This document shows positions 30,798 to 43,435 of a DNA stretch of 64,000 nt, in pieces. The notes beneath the pieces are model-generated. The model was not told the DNA's origin, made no database searches, and saw nothing but the letters and a program-made list of their open reading frames with translations. Made by a program: the position numbers and the translations under genes. How positions within the stretch are numbered: position 1 is the stretch's first letter; each line of letters starts with the position of its first letter. Origin of the DNA: Eledone cirrhosa (lineage: Eukaryota); assembly GCA_964016885.1 (NCBI GenBank), contig OZ024740.1, positions 39,618,001 through 39,682,000 of the forward strand, written 5' to 3'.

Positions 30798-32120
30798 ACG
30801 GTTTGATATAATGGATGGACAAGAAGTTAAACTGTCGAAGTATATTTATAAATGTATCGATGTGCAGTTTGTTTGGGACAGAATCAATCAATCAATATTT
30901 TAATTTCAAGTCATTAATTTCATTTAGGACTGGATTCCAGGTTAATATATTTCGTTATTATAGTTAGGGTTAGGGTTACGGTTAATGTATAATCGTTAGA
31001 CTCAATTTTTATGAGAATATATTTTCTCTATCAAAGTGAACATGGATTAAAGAACTCAGTAGGATTTAAAGTTGGAATAGTGGAATACCGGAATAGAACA
31101 GTAAGGCATCTGCCTTGGGGTGAACATAAATTAAAGAACTCAGCAGGATTTAAAGTTGGAATAGTGGAATACCGGAATAGAAAATAAAAAATATAAACTA
31201 TTCCTATATTTGTATTAGTTTCATTTGTGTGATAAGACAGTAAGCATACACATACACCAGGTCCGAACTCCCACTGTCATCGTCTCCATCTCTCACTATT
31301 ATGAGCAAATGCAGTCCCACGCGCTGACCGCCCCACGGCCCCGGTAGACAGAATAGAGAATGCGCTGGAAGAGCCAATCCATCTCGGAATAGAACAGTAA
31401 AGCATCTGCCTTGGAGTGAACAGAAATTGCCGAACTCAGCAGGATTTAAAGTTGGAATAGTGGAATACAATAGAATAGTAAAATAGATAATAGAAGACTT
31501 GGTATTCTATTATCTCAGCTATTTCATCAAACCTTTGCAGTCCTAACTTGAACATTTGAAATCTTAAGTTCAAATTTGAATTAATTTTCCCCACAATAAT
31601 CTGTCTACTTAGTTTCAATTGATATTTCCTTATTCATCTTTCTCCTATATTTTCAGATGTTTTTATCCAATATTTTGTTATTCTGTGATTGTATTAGGAA
31701 CTAAAAATAACAATCAATGGTTTTTCATCACTCTATTATATTACAAAAAAAACAGAGGGAGGCATGTCTTTTTTCATTTCATCGAAATAGCCATGATGCA
31801 GTTACATCTTTCATCCTGTACATTTATCTCTTCTTTGATAAAAGACTTGAGTCCAAAACATTTGTATTTCTTTTCCTCGCAGCAACATATATTTTCTATA
31901 ACTACTATATTTCCTTTCAGTTGCTTGTCGACACCCTCACACACACAGGGTCGCTTCGGGGTGGGATTTTATCTGTGTTAACGTTCAACAAATAAAAACA
32001 AATCTTTCTCTTAAAAAGATGTTAGTCTGTCAGAAATAATTTTCTCGCGAAAATAAAGAACACTCTGTGGTTTGGGAACTGAAATAATGTAGAAGTCGAA
32101 CTACTTCAATTAGCTAATTC

Positions 32121-32282
32121 CTAGTGCTGGATTTATCATTGTGCTTAGGTGTGCTTAAGCACAGGGTCCCATCTTCCTGCCAAAAAATGTTTTACGATGA
32201 ATTTTTTTTTGTTTTTCTAATGTCAAACGTTCAAAGGAGCCTTAACTAGCTTAGGGCCTTATTTGTCCTAAATCCGGCAGTG
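32121..32282. mobile_element. Small MITE (hAT-like)
   Basis: TGCTGGATTTA ... TAAATCCGGCA inverted termini. Confidence 0.45.
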
Positions 32283-32622
32283 CATATTCCTATATAATAT
32301 TTACCTACTTTTATGGTATTATGTAGAAAAATATATACTTTAGCGTCTGTCAATGGATGAGGAGAGTGTTTTGTGAACCTTGTACTCCACATCTCATGGA
32401 AATAGACATAAATCACTCAATATTGCAATTTATTAAAATATATAATAGACTTGCACGGAAACATTTGTTTTATACATAATTACATAATCGACAAGTAAAC
32501 ATTGCTGTTGGTCGCCAAAGTCTCCAGTGAATTATTAGAAAATGAAATGCGAGACGCTACTTTGGCCATGTTAAAAAGCTCGCTACTAATGTGTCATGTC
32601 AGCACATTAAGCTAGGTTTGTC

Positions 32623-32884
32623 TACTCTCGGGTCACAAATAATGGGGGGGGGGGGGGATAAGCGGGAGGCGATGGAAATATGGGATTTCTTGTAATGTTC
32701 TTTTATTATCATGTTTTTTTTTATGTAAAATAAAATTACCATTAGATTCTCCAGCTGCTGTATCAATATGAATCACAATAAAATTTTACCGGAAATAGAT
32801 TAGCAAAATTAAATAAGCGGGGGGGGGGGGGGGGGGCTGGACAATTAATAAGCGGGGGCAGGGGTTATTCAAGATCTGGGAGTA
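32623..32884. mobile_element. TA-flanked MITE with G-runs
   Basis: TACTCTCGGGTC..AATAA / TTATT..GATCTGGGAGTA inverted termini; internal ATAAGCGGG repeats. Confidence 0.55.
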
Positions 32885-33632
32885 TCTGTCTTTAAAAGCA
32901 GTGATTTATTTCAATGTTTTCATTTCGAGAAGGGTGACAAGGTGGAAAATATTGCGGCCATGTTTTTTTTGTTTTGCTCCATTACTTTTGTTTTTGTTTT
33001 TTTGCTTCATAACTTATAATTAACCAGGCAAGTTCATATTGTTGACATGACAAATGTTATTTCATGCTCTGTTCATCTCATATAATTTCAGTAAAAACTT
33101 TGAGTTAATCTCATTCTGAAATCCTTAATCTCACTTTGAACCAATATTGTCTCACTTAGACTTACAAATACTGAAAGTACATTCGTTACATTTTGAATTA
33201 AGATTTTACTGGAGTCGACTATGAATTCGTTTTTTTTTAGAACGATAAAATATCAGTCAATTATTAGGATGTATGTATAACCATCTTTATCGTCTTCCCC
33301 ACGCATTGTAGTGAATATATAGCAAATCTATGCAGCTAGATTTCAACTATTGTCAACAACTAAATTCTAGTCTGTTCTCGGCTGTCCAACACTCAGTCCC
33401 GTTAAGTTTACGACAGAGACGAGAACGTGGTAGCTGCCAATAAATACTCACTTCGGTATTTTCGACCAGCGAGCCATTTGATTCCAACAAAGAGTACTTC
33501 CATGCATCTTAGAGTACCACAGCATTCCCGTTACACCATTCATACAAGCATAATACACAATTTCACTTAGACTCGTTTTTTGTTTTTTTTTGTTTCCCCC
33601 TCTCTATATATAAACAATCTGAGGTTCTGTGA

Positions 33633-33780
33633 AGGCGAATGGCTGAGTGGTTAGAGAAGTGGATTCACATGTGATTCGATTCTTGGATGTGATTCGATTC
33701 CTGGACCAGGCGATGCGTTATGTCCTTGAGCGAGACACTTTATTCCACGTTGCTCTTTCTACCTGGAGTTGCGATCGATA
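33633..33780 (+). mobile_element. tRNA-derived SINE, second family
   Basis: A-box TGGCTGAGTGG, duplicated B-box-like GATTCGATTC, core-like TGTCCTTGAGCGAGACACTT. Confidence 0.65.
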
Positions 33781-33847
33781 GATAGTACTAGCAACTGGAA
33801 AGACCGACGAAAACATTGTTTCCTCGGTCCGATTTGATGATATATAA

Positions 33848-33892
<45 letters not shown>

Positions 33893-34110
33893 TTGCAGAA
33901 GAGTTATGTTTATTTTAGTTGATGCGCAACTAATGATAAGCAGGACCTAGCGATCAAAACTACTACACATCATTAGTTTATCCCAGGTAGGTGATAATGA
34001 GTAACGGAGTATTCATTTATCAACTGATGCATTATATATATATATTTCATGGTTATTCATGGCTACTGGCATATCACAATGATTGCATAACTGCATCAAT
34101 GATTGCATAA

Positions 34111-34159
34111 GCATCTGACGAAGTCACATGAATAACCATGTAACAAATATATATAATGC
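34111..34159 (+). ncRNA. Decayed hammerhead (G12 missing) in small fold-back 34028-34160
   Basis: GCAT-CTGACGA-A-GTCACATG aataac CATGTAAC-AAA-TATATA-TA-ATGC. Confidence 0.55.
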
Positions 34160-35120
34160 AATAAACAATTATGTTGATTTAATCCAGTCTTAACTACCAT
34201 TATTTGAAACACAGAGTTAAATTGGATATAACTAATCTCTGAAATTCTTGACATGTAAGTGAAAGGCTTCATGATGTTCAATACATATAGAATAAAATGA
34301 ATTTATTTAGCCAAGGAACTAAACAACAAACATGAATGGTTACCACCTATAAAGTTATAAACCATCTCTAACTACTTAATAGCAATATATCTTCATAGTA
34401 GAGACAATGTAGTATTTTTTTCGTTGGAGTTTTCTGATTGTCAGCTTCCAGATTGATGAGGATAACCAAAGAAAAGGAAAAAATATATGGAATTGTTTTC
34501 AACACAAATTTTAAGCATGAAAATATTTCACTCACAACCCATGTTAAAAGTTAAGTCTTTTAAATCACAATTACCTTGAAGATTCTAGTAAAATTTAATT
34601 CACTTTTCAAATATTTATGAGTTGAGTCCTATATTTGCTTCTTTTATCATCACTATAGTGACGCTTCAAAATTCACTGCTTCCGTCTTGTCTCCACTCTC
34701 CACTCAAACATTTGTGTTGCCTGAAGCTAAGTATTCAAGACAATCAATCCTTTAACACACCCAAAACTTCTGAACCACTAATATTTTTATTACAAACTAC
34801 AAAAACTCAAAACAATAATCCGTAGATTATTAAAACAATGTTCATTCAAAGTAGACAATTTTTACACAATTATTGAGAAAATATTCAAAATAAACAAATA
34901 AAGTTCTATAAATATTGTCCTTAACCCTGAATTGATGTCATCATGTTAATATATTTTTTATGAAATGGTTATAATGAAATTTATTTTTACATTTAACTAA
35001 ATATGCCAAGTATTGTAGATAGAAAGTATTCAGGTTGATATTGTTTTTTTAGCAGCTTTGTCATGGAATTCTCTGGTATTTCTGGAAGATAGCCTTTGTT
35101 AGTGAACGCTTATAGGTGAG

Positions 35121-35428
35121 AATTTAGACAGGAGACAGGCTAGTGCACACACTAGACAGGAGACAGGCGAGTGCACACACTAGACAATTTAGACAGGAGA
35201 CAGGCTAGTGCACACACTAGACAGGAGACAGGCTAGTGCACACACTAGACAGGAGACAGGCTAGTGCACACACTAGACAATTTAGACAGGAGACAGGCTA
35301 GTGCACACACTAGACAATTTAGACAGGAGACAGGCTAGTGCACACACTAGACAATTTAGACAGGAGACAGGCTAGTGCACACACTAGACAATTTAGACAG
35401 GAGACAGGCTAGTGCACACACTAGACAA
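35121..35428. repeat. 27/36-bp minisatellite (TAGACAGGAGACAGGCTAGTGCACACAC)
   Basis: About 9 tandem units. Confidence 0.93.
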
Positions 35429-35749
35429 TAACAAGCATGAATTTGGAGTCAAAATCACAAAATATATCACACAGGTTAAGGGATATGATCAGATTTTCTT
35501 CTTTGATTTACATCACATCAAATATATTTGTGCAAAAAAATAATGTGTTCAACATACAGGTGCTTTTCTATACATCTTACAGTAATATAAACATGGTTAA
35601 AAAGTAGCATCCATCCACCCAACTCCATTATCTATTTAAATTCCACCATTGAACTGGAGAAGTCCCAATTATATTACAAACAAAATTCCTATTAAGAGCA
35701 ACAAAAATAAGAGAAAATTGCAGGTGTTCAAAACTGATTTCTAATGAAA

Positions 35750-36132
35750 GCAACACAACACACAACCATCATTGTCATAACAACAACACATACAGGCACA
35801 CAACACACAGGCACACAACCAGTATTGTGGTCATAACACATATACAGAGACACACAACCAACATTATCATAACACACAAACATTATGGTAACAACAGCAG
35901 ATACAGAACCAATGTTGTGGTCACAACACACATACTGATGCACAACTAAACTAACATTTTCATAACACCACATATACTGGCACACAACACTCATAACACA
36001 AACAGACACCCAACCAACATTGTGGTCACAACAGAATATACACTGAAACACAACCAACATTGTGGTCACAACACACATTAACACACAACCATCATGGTCA
36101 TAACAACAGATACATTTGCACACAACCAACAC
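35750..36132. repeat. Degenerate CA-rich minisatellite
   Basis: Recurring CACAACCAACATTGTGGTCACAACAC. Confidence 0.7.
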
Positions 36133-36465
36133 CGTGATAATGTATCAAGCGTGGTGGGGATTAATCCCAAGAATATTTTAAAAAGTAGAAATATCTACAG
36201 TATGTACACTATTACAAAAAACATGAGAAACTTTTTGTAGTTTCTTATAGTTATATAAAGAACCATTTTTGAATTGTTAATGTACCTATATATATATATT
36301 AATTTATTAAAATAACGGATTAAAGTTTAAGCAAAGAATCGTTGCGTTCACCCTTAACGGGAACTTCTGAAGCTCTAGGGTTCTTATATATTTGATATAT
36401 ATTTATCCTTATCGAACCCTCTTTGGATTTTTGTCGTCACATTTATTATTACTACTATATATATA

Positions 36466-36498
<33 letters not shown>

Positions 36499-36521
36499 TT
36501 GTGTGAGTGTATATATATATA

Positions 36522-36699
36522 TAATTGTTTCTACTTTTGGCACAAGGCCAGCAATTACCCAGTGCATTACTGGTACTTTATTTTATCAACCCCGTAAGGA
36601 TGAAAGGCAAAGTTAACCTCGGCGGGATTTGAACTCGGAATGGCAAGGGCCGTAACTATGCGTCAAAGCATGGCGTCCGACCCTCTACCGATACTGCCA
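36522..36699 (-). mobile_element. SINE family A
   Basis: Reverse-orientation copy, nearly full length. Confidence 0.88.
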
Positions 36700-36916
36700 A
36701 ATAATAATAATAATAATATTGAAATGAAGTCACTGGATGTATCTCCAACTGTGCTGTCACTCAATGCTTTAAATAAGCCATCATGACTAGGATACCAACC
36801 AAAAAGGAAAGCAGAGTGCACACTTATATGCCAATAGTGAGAGGAACGACTTCGAGTGGGTAGGGAATTTAATTCTGTCCCCACCCCCCGTGTGTGTGTG
36901 TGTGTGTGTGTATATG

Positions 36917-36947
<31 letters not shown>

Positions 36948-38416
36948 ATATAATGTAGGTATTTAATATGTGTTAATTTGTTTTGTTTTTCTTTGGGAGA
37001 AACATGTTTAAAAAATGAATTGCTGTCATGAATAATACAGCAAACTCCTTTCTGTCATGTATAAAATGGAAACAATTATAAAATAAAACAGGATTTATAT
37101 ATTGAACAGTTTAACATAGCAAATATAGTTTTATTATTAAAATTGTTAAATGTTAATGCCAATCTAACAATTATATGATTCAACCAATTTTCAGCAATTC
37201 TCCTTAAATTAAAACACTGTTTAACGTATTTATTTCTGGTCACTGAATAAAAGATAAAAATCACAGAATAACAGGCACATTTCAGTTAGATATGATGTAA
37301 GCAAAAATTGAAATATTCTCAACGTATTCTTCAATTAATGAGAAGTTGATGAGTTGATTAAAAATAGAGTAAAAAATAAAACATTTATAAAAAAAAATTT
37401 TTTTTTTTTTTTGAAATCACACTTCGTGATATATTTCCTTTTATATAGCAAAAAATTATTTCTATCAAATTCAAGAATATATATTGTATATACAGAACAA
37501 TTTAAATGATTTACTGATAACAATCTAAAAAAAAAAAAAAAAAAAAGATGTTTGCTAAATACCAGTATATACAAATACTTGCAAAACTTTGCAAAATGGT
37601 AATCTTAGATGCAGTCAAAGAATTAATATCAATTTTTAAAAAATAAGCAATGTTACTTCATTTGACTGTTTTGTGACTACATTTCTAATAAGTAAACTGC
37701 TTATGTCATCAATTAATTTGCAATATAATCACGATTTTAGAAAAGCTTAAACATGTTTACTTGATTTTTATTGTACAGTACTATTGTCATTCTTTTCTGA
37801 AGATAAAACAAAAAAGAATCTTGCCTTAAGGTCGTCAGTTTAATAAAGCTTAATTGCATCTTAGTAACGAAACCACTCAAGGTATTAAATGTTTTAAAGT
37901 GGAAAGGCAAAAAAAAAAGCTCAATAGCATGCATATTATATATATATATATATATATATAATGTAATTATGTTGACAAGGTGATGAAATAGAGTGTGTTA
38001 ATTACAGTTTGAGTATTGCTCATCCGATATCAATAAAGATGACTCAGAACGAAGTGTAGAGTTAGCAGAATATGGTAGGATGTTGAAAGGAACAGTATCA
38101 TAGGTGTGGTAGAATATGGTAAGATGTAAAGTATATATTTAAAAGTACGGTATGTAAAGTATATATTGAAAGGAACGGTATGTTATGTTGAAAGGTGTGG
38201 TATCGTAGGTGTTGAAGTATATGGTAGGATATGAAGTATATGTTAAAGGTGTGGTATCATCAGTGTTCAACTTCTTGTTCTGGAAAATTTCTTTGTAAGG
38301 AAGACATATGAACAATGAGATTTTGGTGGAGAGATTTGTAGCACCTACTCAAAGGAGATGGAAATAGAATATTGGTGCTATTTAGGGCAGAAAAGGATAC
38401 TATTCCGTGTATTTAA

Positions 38417-38463
38417 CCACTTCTCTCTCACAAATGCAAATATATCATTACGTACATGCACAA

Positions 38464-38521
<58 letters not shown>

Positions 38522-39242
38522 CATATATGCCGACGTACAAGTCAACATTTGGAGCCTAAAAATATCTCTCCAAAACCAGGAGTCGACTTGTCTGCCGAAT
38601 ATATGTGAACCTTTACCACTGAGGGGTAAACAATGAAACTGCCTGCCTAACACTCATTGTACACTACTTACCATAACCCTAGCAGTCCACCACAATTATT
38701 TCCTACTGAATCTCATATTTGTTAAGTCTATTTAATGTAGAGATTATAATAATATCAATGACTTGCCGTAGCTCATAGCGTAGGTTACCATAAGATCGTT
38801 AAGGCTAGGCTAGGCTGATTTACTCAGTGAGTTAGAACTCATTCGCAACTGAAGTGTTTTAAAAGAAGTGTTTATGTCAGATAAGGATAAGGAATTTAAG
38901 TTTTTTAAATCATCGCGTATGAATTACCGGTGTGGCAGCATGTTGTTTATTAATAAAACAATTCAGTTAAATCATTTTGTTATCTTTAAAATAAATTTTA
39001 CAAATTGTATTTTCTTCACATGCATTTTTATTTTACAACTATTTAGTGATTATTTCCATGTTTTATATTTTGTGCAAAAAAAGAATGGCAAGTGTATCTA
39101 AGGCTGGGGAAATGGTACTGCCTTATTTTTTTTTGGGGGGGGGGGGTCTTCTTATCCGACAAATATAGGTCTAAACCTGAATTACACCTCAGATATTTGG
39201 GGGTTGACCTATGCACCGGATCGACTTGTACGCCTGCATATG

Positions 39243-39279
<37 letters not shown>

Positions 39280-39342
39280 GTGTTAGTGTGTGTATGTGTG
39301 CATGTAGGGAGTGATATATTTGCATTTTTGAGAGGGAAGTGG
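38417..39342. mobile_element. TTAA-flanked MITE (piggyBac-like termini) with long inverted repeats
   Basis: TTAA|CCACTTC...GAAGTGG|TTAA; the inverted match extends through CA/TA microsatellite to CGTACAAGTC / GACTTGTACG. Confidence 0.65.
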
Positions 39343-41176
39343 TTAAACATATCAATGAATATATTAAATAGTATATGTATGTATATACACACACACATAT
39401 ATATATACACACACACATATATATACATACATATATATATATATATGAATATACAAAGATATTTGTGAATATATACATATTTGTGTGTCTATGTGTATAC
39501 GCCTACATATATAGATGAGCACACAGACACACACACACATGCTCACACTTCTTTTAATAAACCTATTCGAATCATTTCACTTCTTCAAAATTACTGCAGA
39601 TAAATGGAATTTATGTAAGGAAAAAAAAATTTTAATCTTGAAAATTCCATTCCTAGATATTTTCCAAAGATGCCACCAGCTGTATATATAGTAAACAACA
39701 CCACCAAAATATAACAATGGGTAGTTGTTATAGAAATATAATTTTACAAAAAAAAAAAGAAAAAAAATGATCTGCACATTTTCGTTTGTAACAGTTTGTT
39801 AGAAATAAAAACTTATCTTCTAGAATGATAAAACAAGGAGAAAACAATATTTCTACGAAAAAATTATAAACTTTGAAAATTTGTTTAAAAGATTTACATC
39901 TCTTTCATGTTCCTTTATATTGCATATAATTTCTAGGGGTTGTTACTGCTTCTTTTAAAATTACAGTAAAATAGAAGGGACACAAACAACACATACAGTC
40001 ATACAAATATTATACACAAATACATATGAAATATAGATATGTATGTTTCTATAATTGTGTGTGTAGTATCAAAATTAGACAGAAACCAACTTAAGCTAGC
40101 AAATCTTAGTCTAAAGAAAAAAAAAATGTGCATTCATGTATGTAAATGTGTGTCTGAGTGTGCGTGTATCGTTTAATGTCCGCTTTCCCTGTTCTATATA
40201 TATATATATATATACTGTCTATATACAGTTTAGAATAGGTATCCCATATCCTTGCATGTCGAAAGAGGTGACACCAGGAGGTTGGCACCAGGAAGGGCAT
40301 CTAGCTGTAAAACTATAAAAAGGCGCTGATGATGAGCATGAAGACTGCCATGAGATCACAAGACTAATCCCTGCTTTAGTTGAGTCAATGGCCTTAAAAC
40401 ACTTCAAGTTGTTGCAGTAGTAGTAGTAGTATACAATTGTAAATCTCTATATACATATTTATACACAATAATCAACAAGATTTTATATCCACAATACTCA
40501 AATTATTCCAGCAAATAAATCTTTGTTAGTGCCACTTCGTGCTACACACTACAATGTGAATATTTACCATAATATGCTACGCACTTCAACATGGATGTTT
40601 GCCCTAATGTCCTACACACTAAACTTCTGTAACTAGACATTGCATAGAAAAACACAAAGGGGAAAAAATACAAAAGAAAGTAGTATTAATTTATATTTCA
40701 TTTTAATTCATTAAAAATCTAATAACTGACTAATGATACCAACTTTCTATCATGTTTTTCAAATTAATACCTAACGACATGTTTTAAACATTTAAATTAG
40801 CTAAAAATGAATGCTAGAAACATAGCAGAGATGCACAATTAAGAATGAGGGAGTGTACGTGTGTGTAAACACACACACACTATCAGTGATACATACACAC
40901 AATTGAGAATGGGTGAATGTATATTTGTATGTAAACACACACACATATACATACACACTCACACACTATCAGCAATACAATTTTTTTCTTTACCCACTCA
41001 CACACAGACAGACAGACAGTGACAGCAGCAATTGACAAAAGACAAGTTTGGTTGTCAAAGAAGATTTGACTTTGGAGGGAGGAGCAAAGATAATCGGAAA
41101 ATGTAGGCAAAAAAGACAATTGCAGATGTTTTTCTTTAAATAGGTCAACAAAATAAATGTTTTGTTAAAGAATTCT

Positions 41177-41268
41177 TCATGATGCTTCTGCTTGGTTGTC
41201 ATCAGAACCACCTGTACTTCTATGTCTTCTTTGCTCATGAAACTCATTTAATTCCTCAAATATTATCT
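41177..41268 (-). CDS. MAPK14: p38 MAP kinase, last coding exon
   Basis: TTTTTCCAG acceptor; phase 1 gives (K)IIFEELNEFHEQRRHRSTGGSDDNQAEAS*, matching the MAPK C-terminal helix. Confidence 0.82.
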
Positions 41269-41450
41269 CTGGAAAAATAATGAAATATACAACCATTATA
41301 CATAAATATACACCTATTAAACATACCCCACACAATAGAATACATGCATAAATATATAAACCCATGCAAGCGTGGAAGATGGCCGTGATGATATATGATG
41401 ATATATACAATGCTTCAAGTAAACTACAAATTCCTTCATATATATATATA

Positions 41451-41800
41451 TCATCACCATCATTTAATATACATTTTTCTACACTTTCATGGGTTAGATG
41501 AGGCGAGCCAGGACAGGTGACTATGTCTTACTCATACACAGCTGTATTTTGGCTCAATTTCTATAGCTGGATGCCCTTCCAAATGCCAATAACATTACAG
41601 GGTAGATTGAGTGCTTTTATATTGTGGTACCAGCATGACCACCACACAGGGTTGACTGGGTGCTTTTTATCATGTCACCAACAAAACCACCTTACAGAGT
41701 GGACTGGGTATTTTTGTTGTTGTGGCACCAGATTTCCATACAGAGTAGATTTAGTGCTTTTTTGTGATGGTAGTAGTATTGTGAGAGATCAGATATGAAG
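41451..41800 (-). mobile_element. Diverged RTE 3' UTR fragment
   Basis: CAT tail and GCTGGATGCCCTTCC motif shared with the other RTE ends. Confidence 0.6.
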
Positions 41801-42002
41801 TGTGTCCAGTTTTCCATGCTTGTATGCATGGAGTGGATAAAAGAGGTCTATCAGGAGTGAGGATGGTGAGGGTTGAGGGGGGGAAGATATGCAAATTGGT
41901 CATAGATGCAGGTGTGTCAGAAAAGTAACAGGACTTAGCATGCAGTGTAGGCTATGAGTGGGATAGGGATTAGCAGGTTGGATCACCATGTGATGTAATA
42001 TC

Positions 42003-42252
42003 AGAGTTGCTGAAGTATGGAACAAACTACCTGCATCAGTTATTAGCTGTCGAGACACTGCATTCTTTAAAACCTCCATGCTTCCTGAGATTCACCAACA
42101 CTACACCTGATATCCCCCCTCCATACACACGCACATATGTATTTCATGACTCATACACTGTTTATTTCCTTGACATTTGTGTATTATTCTATGTACTATA
42201 CATACACCTTTGATGAGTTGTAGTGCACCTGAGCACTGTACACAATAATTTC
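42003..42252 (+). mobile_element. CR1/L2-like LINE 3' end (second copy at about 47335-47460)
   Basis: RVAEVWNKLPASVISCRDTAFFKTSM (WN.LP..V....FK motif) and 3' stem-loop AGTGC acctga GCACT. Confidence 0.65.
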
Positions 42253-43015
42253 ATCATCATCATCATACGTCCACTTTTCCCTGCTTGCAAGGGTGGGACG
42301 GGTCTTATTCAGCACAGCATCTCTCCACTCGTCACGGTCCTTCGTCATCTCCACCGTGAGCTTCAATGATCTGAGGTCTGTTCTCACCGCCTCCGCCCAT
42401 GTTTTTCGTGGTCTACCTCTACCACGTCTTCCTTCAACTGGCATTTCCTGGCACTTCTTCACCCATCGGTCATCCTCCATGCTCATCACATGTCCATACC
42501 ACCTCAGTCTCCTCTCCCGTACACTACATTCTATCCCTCTCAAACACAGTTTCTCTCTCAACACATTTATGCTGGGTCGTTCACGCACATTTACACTGCA
42601 CATCCAACGGAGCATGCTTGCCTCATTTCTCTCCAGCCGTCGCATATCCTTTGCAGTTGCTGCCCATGTCTCACTACCATGCAGCATCGCACTCCTCACA
42701 CAGGCATCATACAACCGGCCTTTCGTACGCAGGGAGAAACCCTTCTTCGTCAGCAGAGGAAGCAGCTCCCTAAACTTTTTCCAACCCGTCCTTATTCTAG
42801 ATACTATGGCCTCGGACAACACCCTCCTCCCATGCTAATCTGATCTCCTAGGTACCGGAAGCTATCCACCACTTCTATAGTGCCCTCCTGCATTTGAAAA
42901 ATATGTCTATCAATGTGACTTCTACTGTCTAATTTCCCTGTACATCTACTGCATACATATTTCTCCCTACCTGTTACTTTGCCTGCTATCCCGCTACATC
43001 TCTTGTGTACCCATT
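42252..43015 (-). mobile_element. 5'-truncated RTE LINE
   Basis: WVHKRCSGI...VDSFRYLGD / RIRTGWKKFRELLPLL...LHGSETW...RRLRWYGHV...GRPRKTW; (CAT)n tail. Confidence 0.93.
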
Positions 43016-43119
43016 CATTATTATTATTTATATATCTGCAATCTCTGCTCTCTACAGCCACTGTATGTTTTTTCACATGCTTTTGTTAACAGCTCCTTAA
43101 TTTTAAGCCATTGAGCGAT

Positions 43120-43410
43120 GAGCACAGAACAACGAAACAACTTGAAGTCTGATATGACTGGGGAAAACTGTCAGAAGTAGTTAGAATACTGCAGCAAGTG
43201 TACAGAGATGAGACGATGTTGAGCTCACCGGTCTTTGAGTGGGACAAAAGGTTCAAAGAAAGATGTGAGGACGTGAAAGGCAATCTGAGGAGCGGAAGGC
43301 CTTCAACAAGCATGACTAAGGCTAATGTTGAGCATGTGAGGCAAGTGGTGCGTGGCAATCGCCAGCTAACGGTTCAATTGATTGCAAGTGAGCTGGGCAT
43401 AAACTGCTAA
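43120..43410 (+). mobile_element. Mariner transposase N-terminal HTH fragment
   Basis: VFEWDKRFKE..EDVK...RSGRPST...NVEHVRQVV..NRQLTVQLIASELGI. Confidence 0.85.
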
Positions 43411-43435
43411 GGTGGGCATAGATCTAATGTTATGA

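Noticed and set aside
30962-30983. TTAGGG telomere-like repeats
   Set aside because: Only 2-3 imperfect units; too short to call an interstitial telomere.
33633-33710. tRNA gene
   Set aside because: A/B boxes are present but there is no cloverleaf, and it continues into a SINE core.
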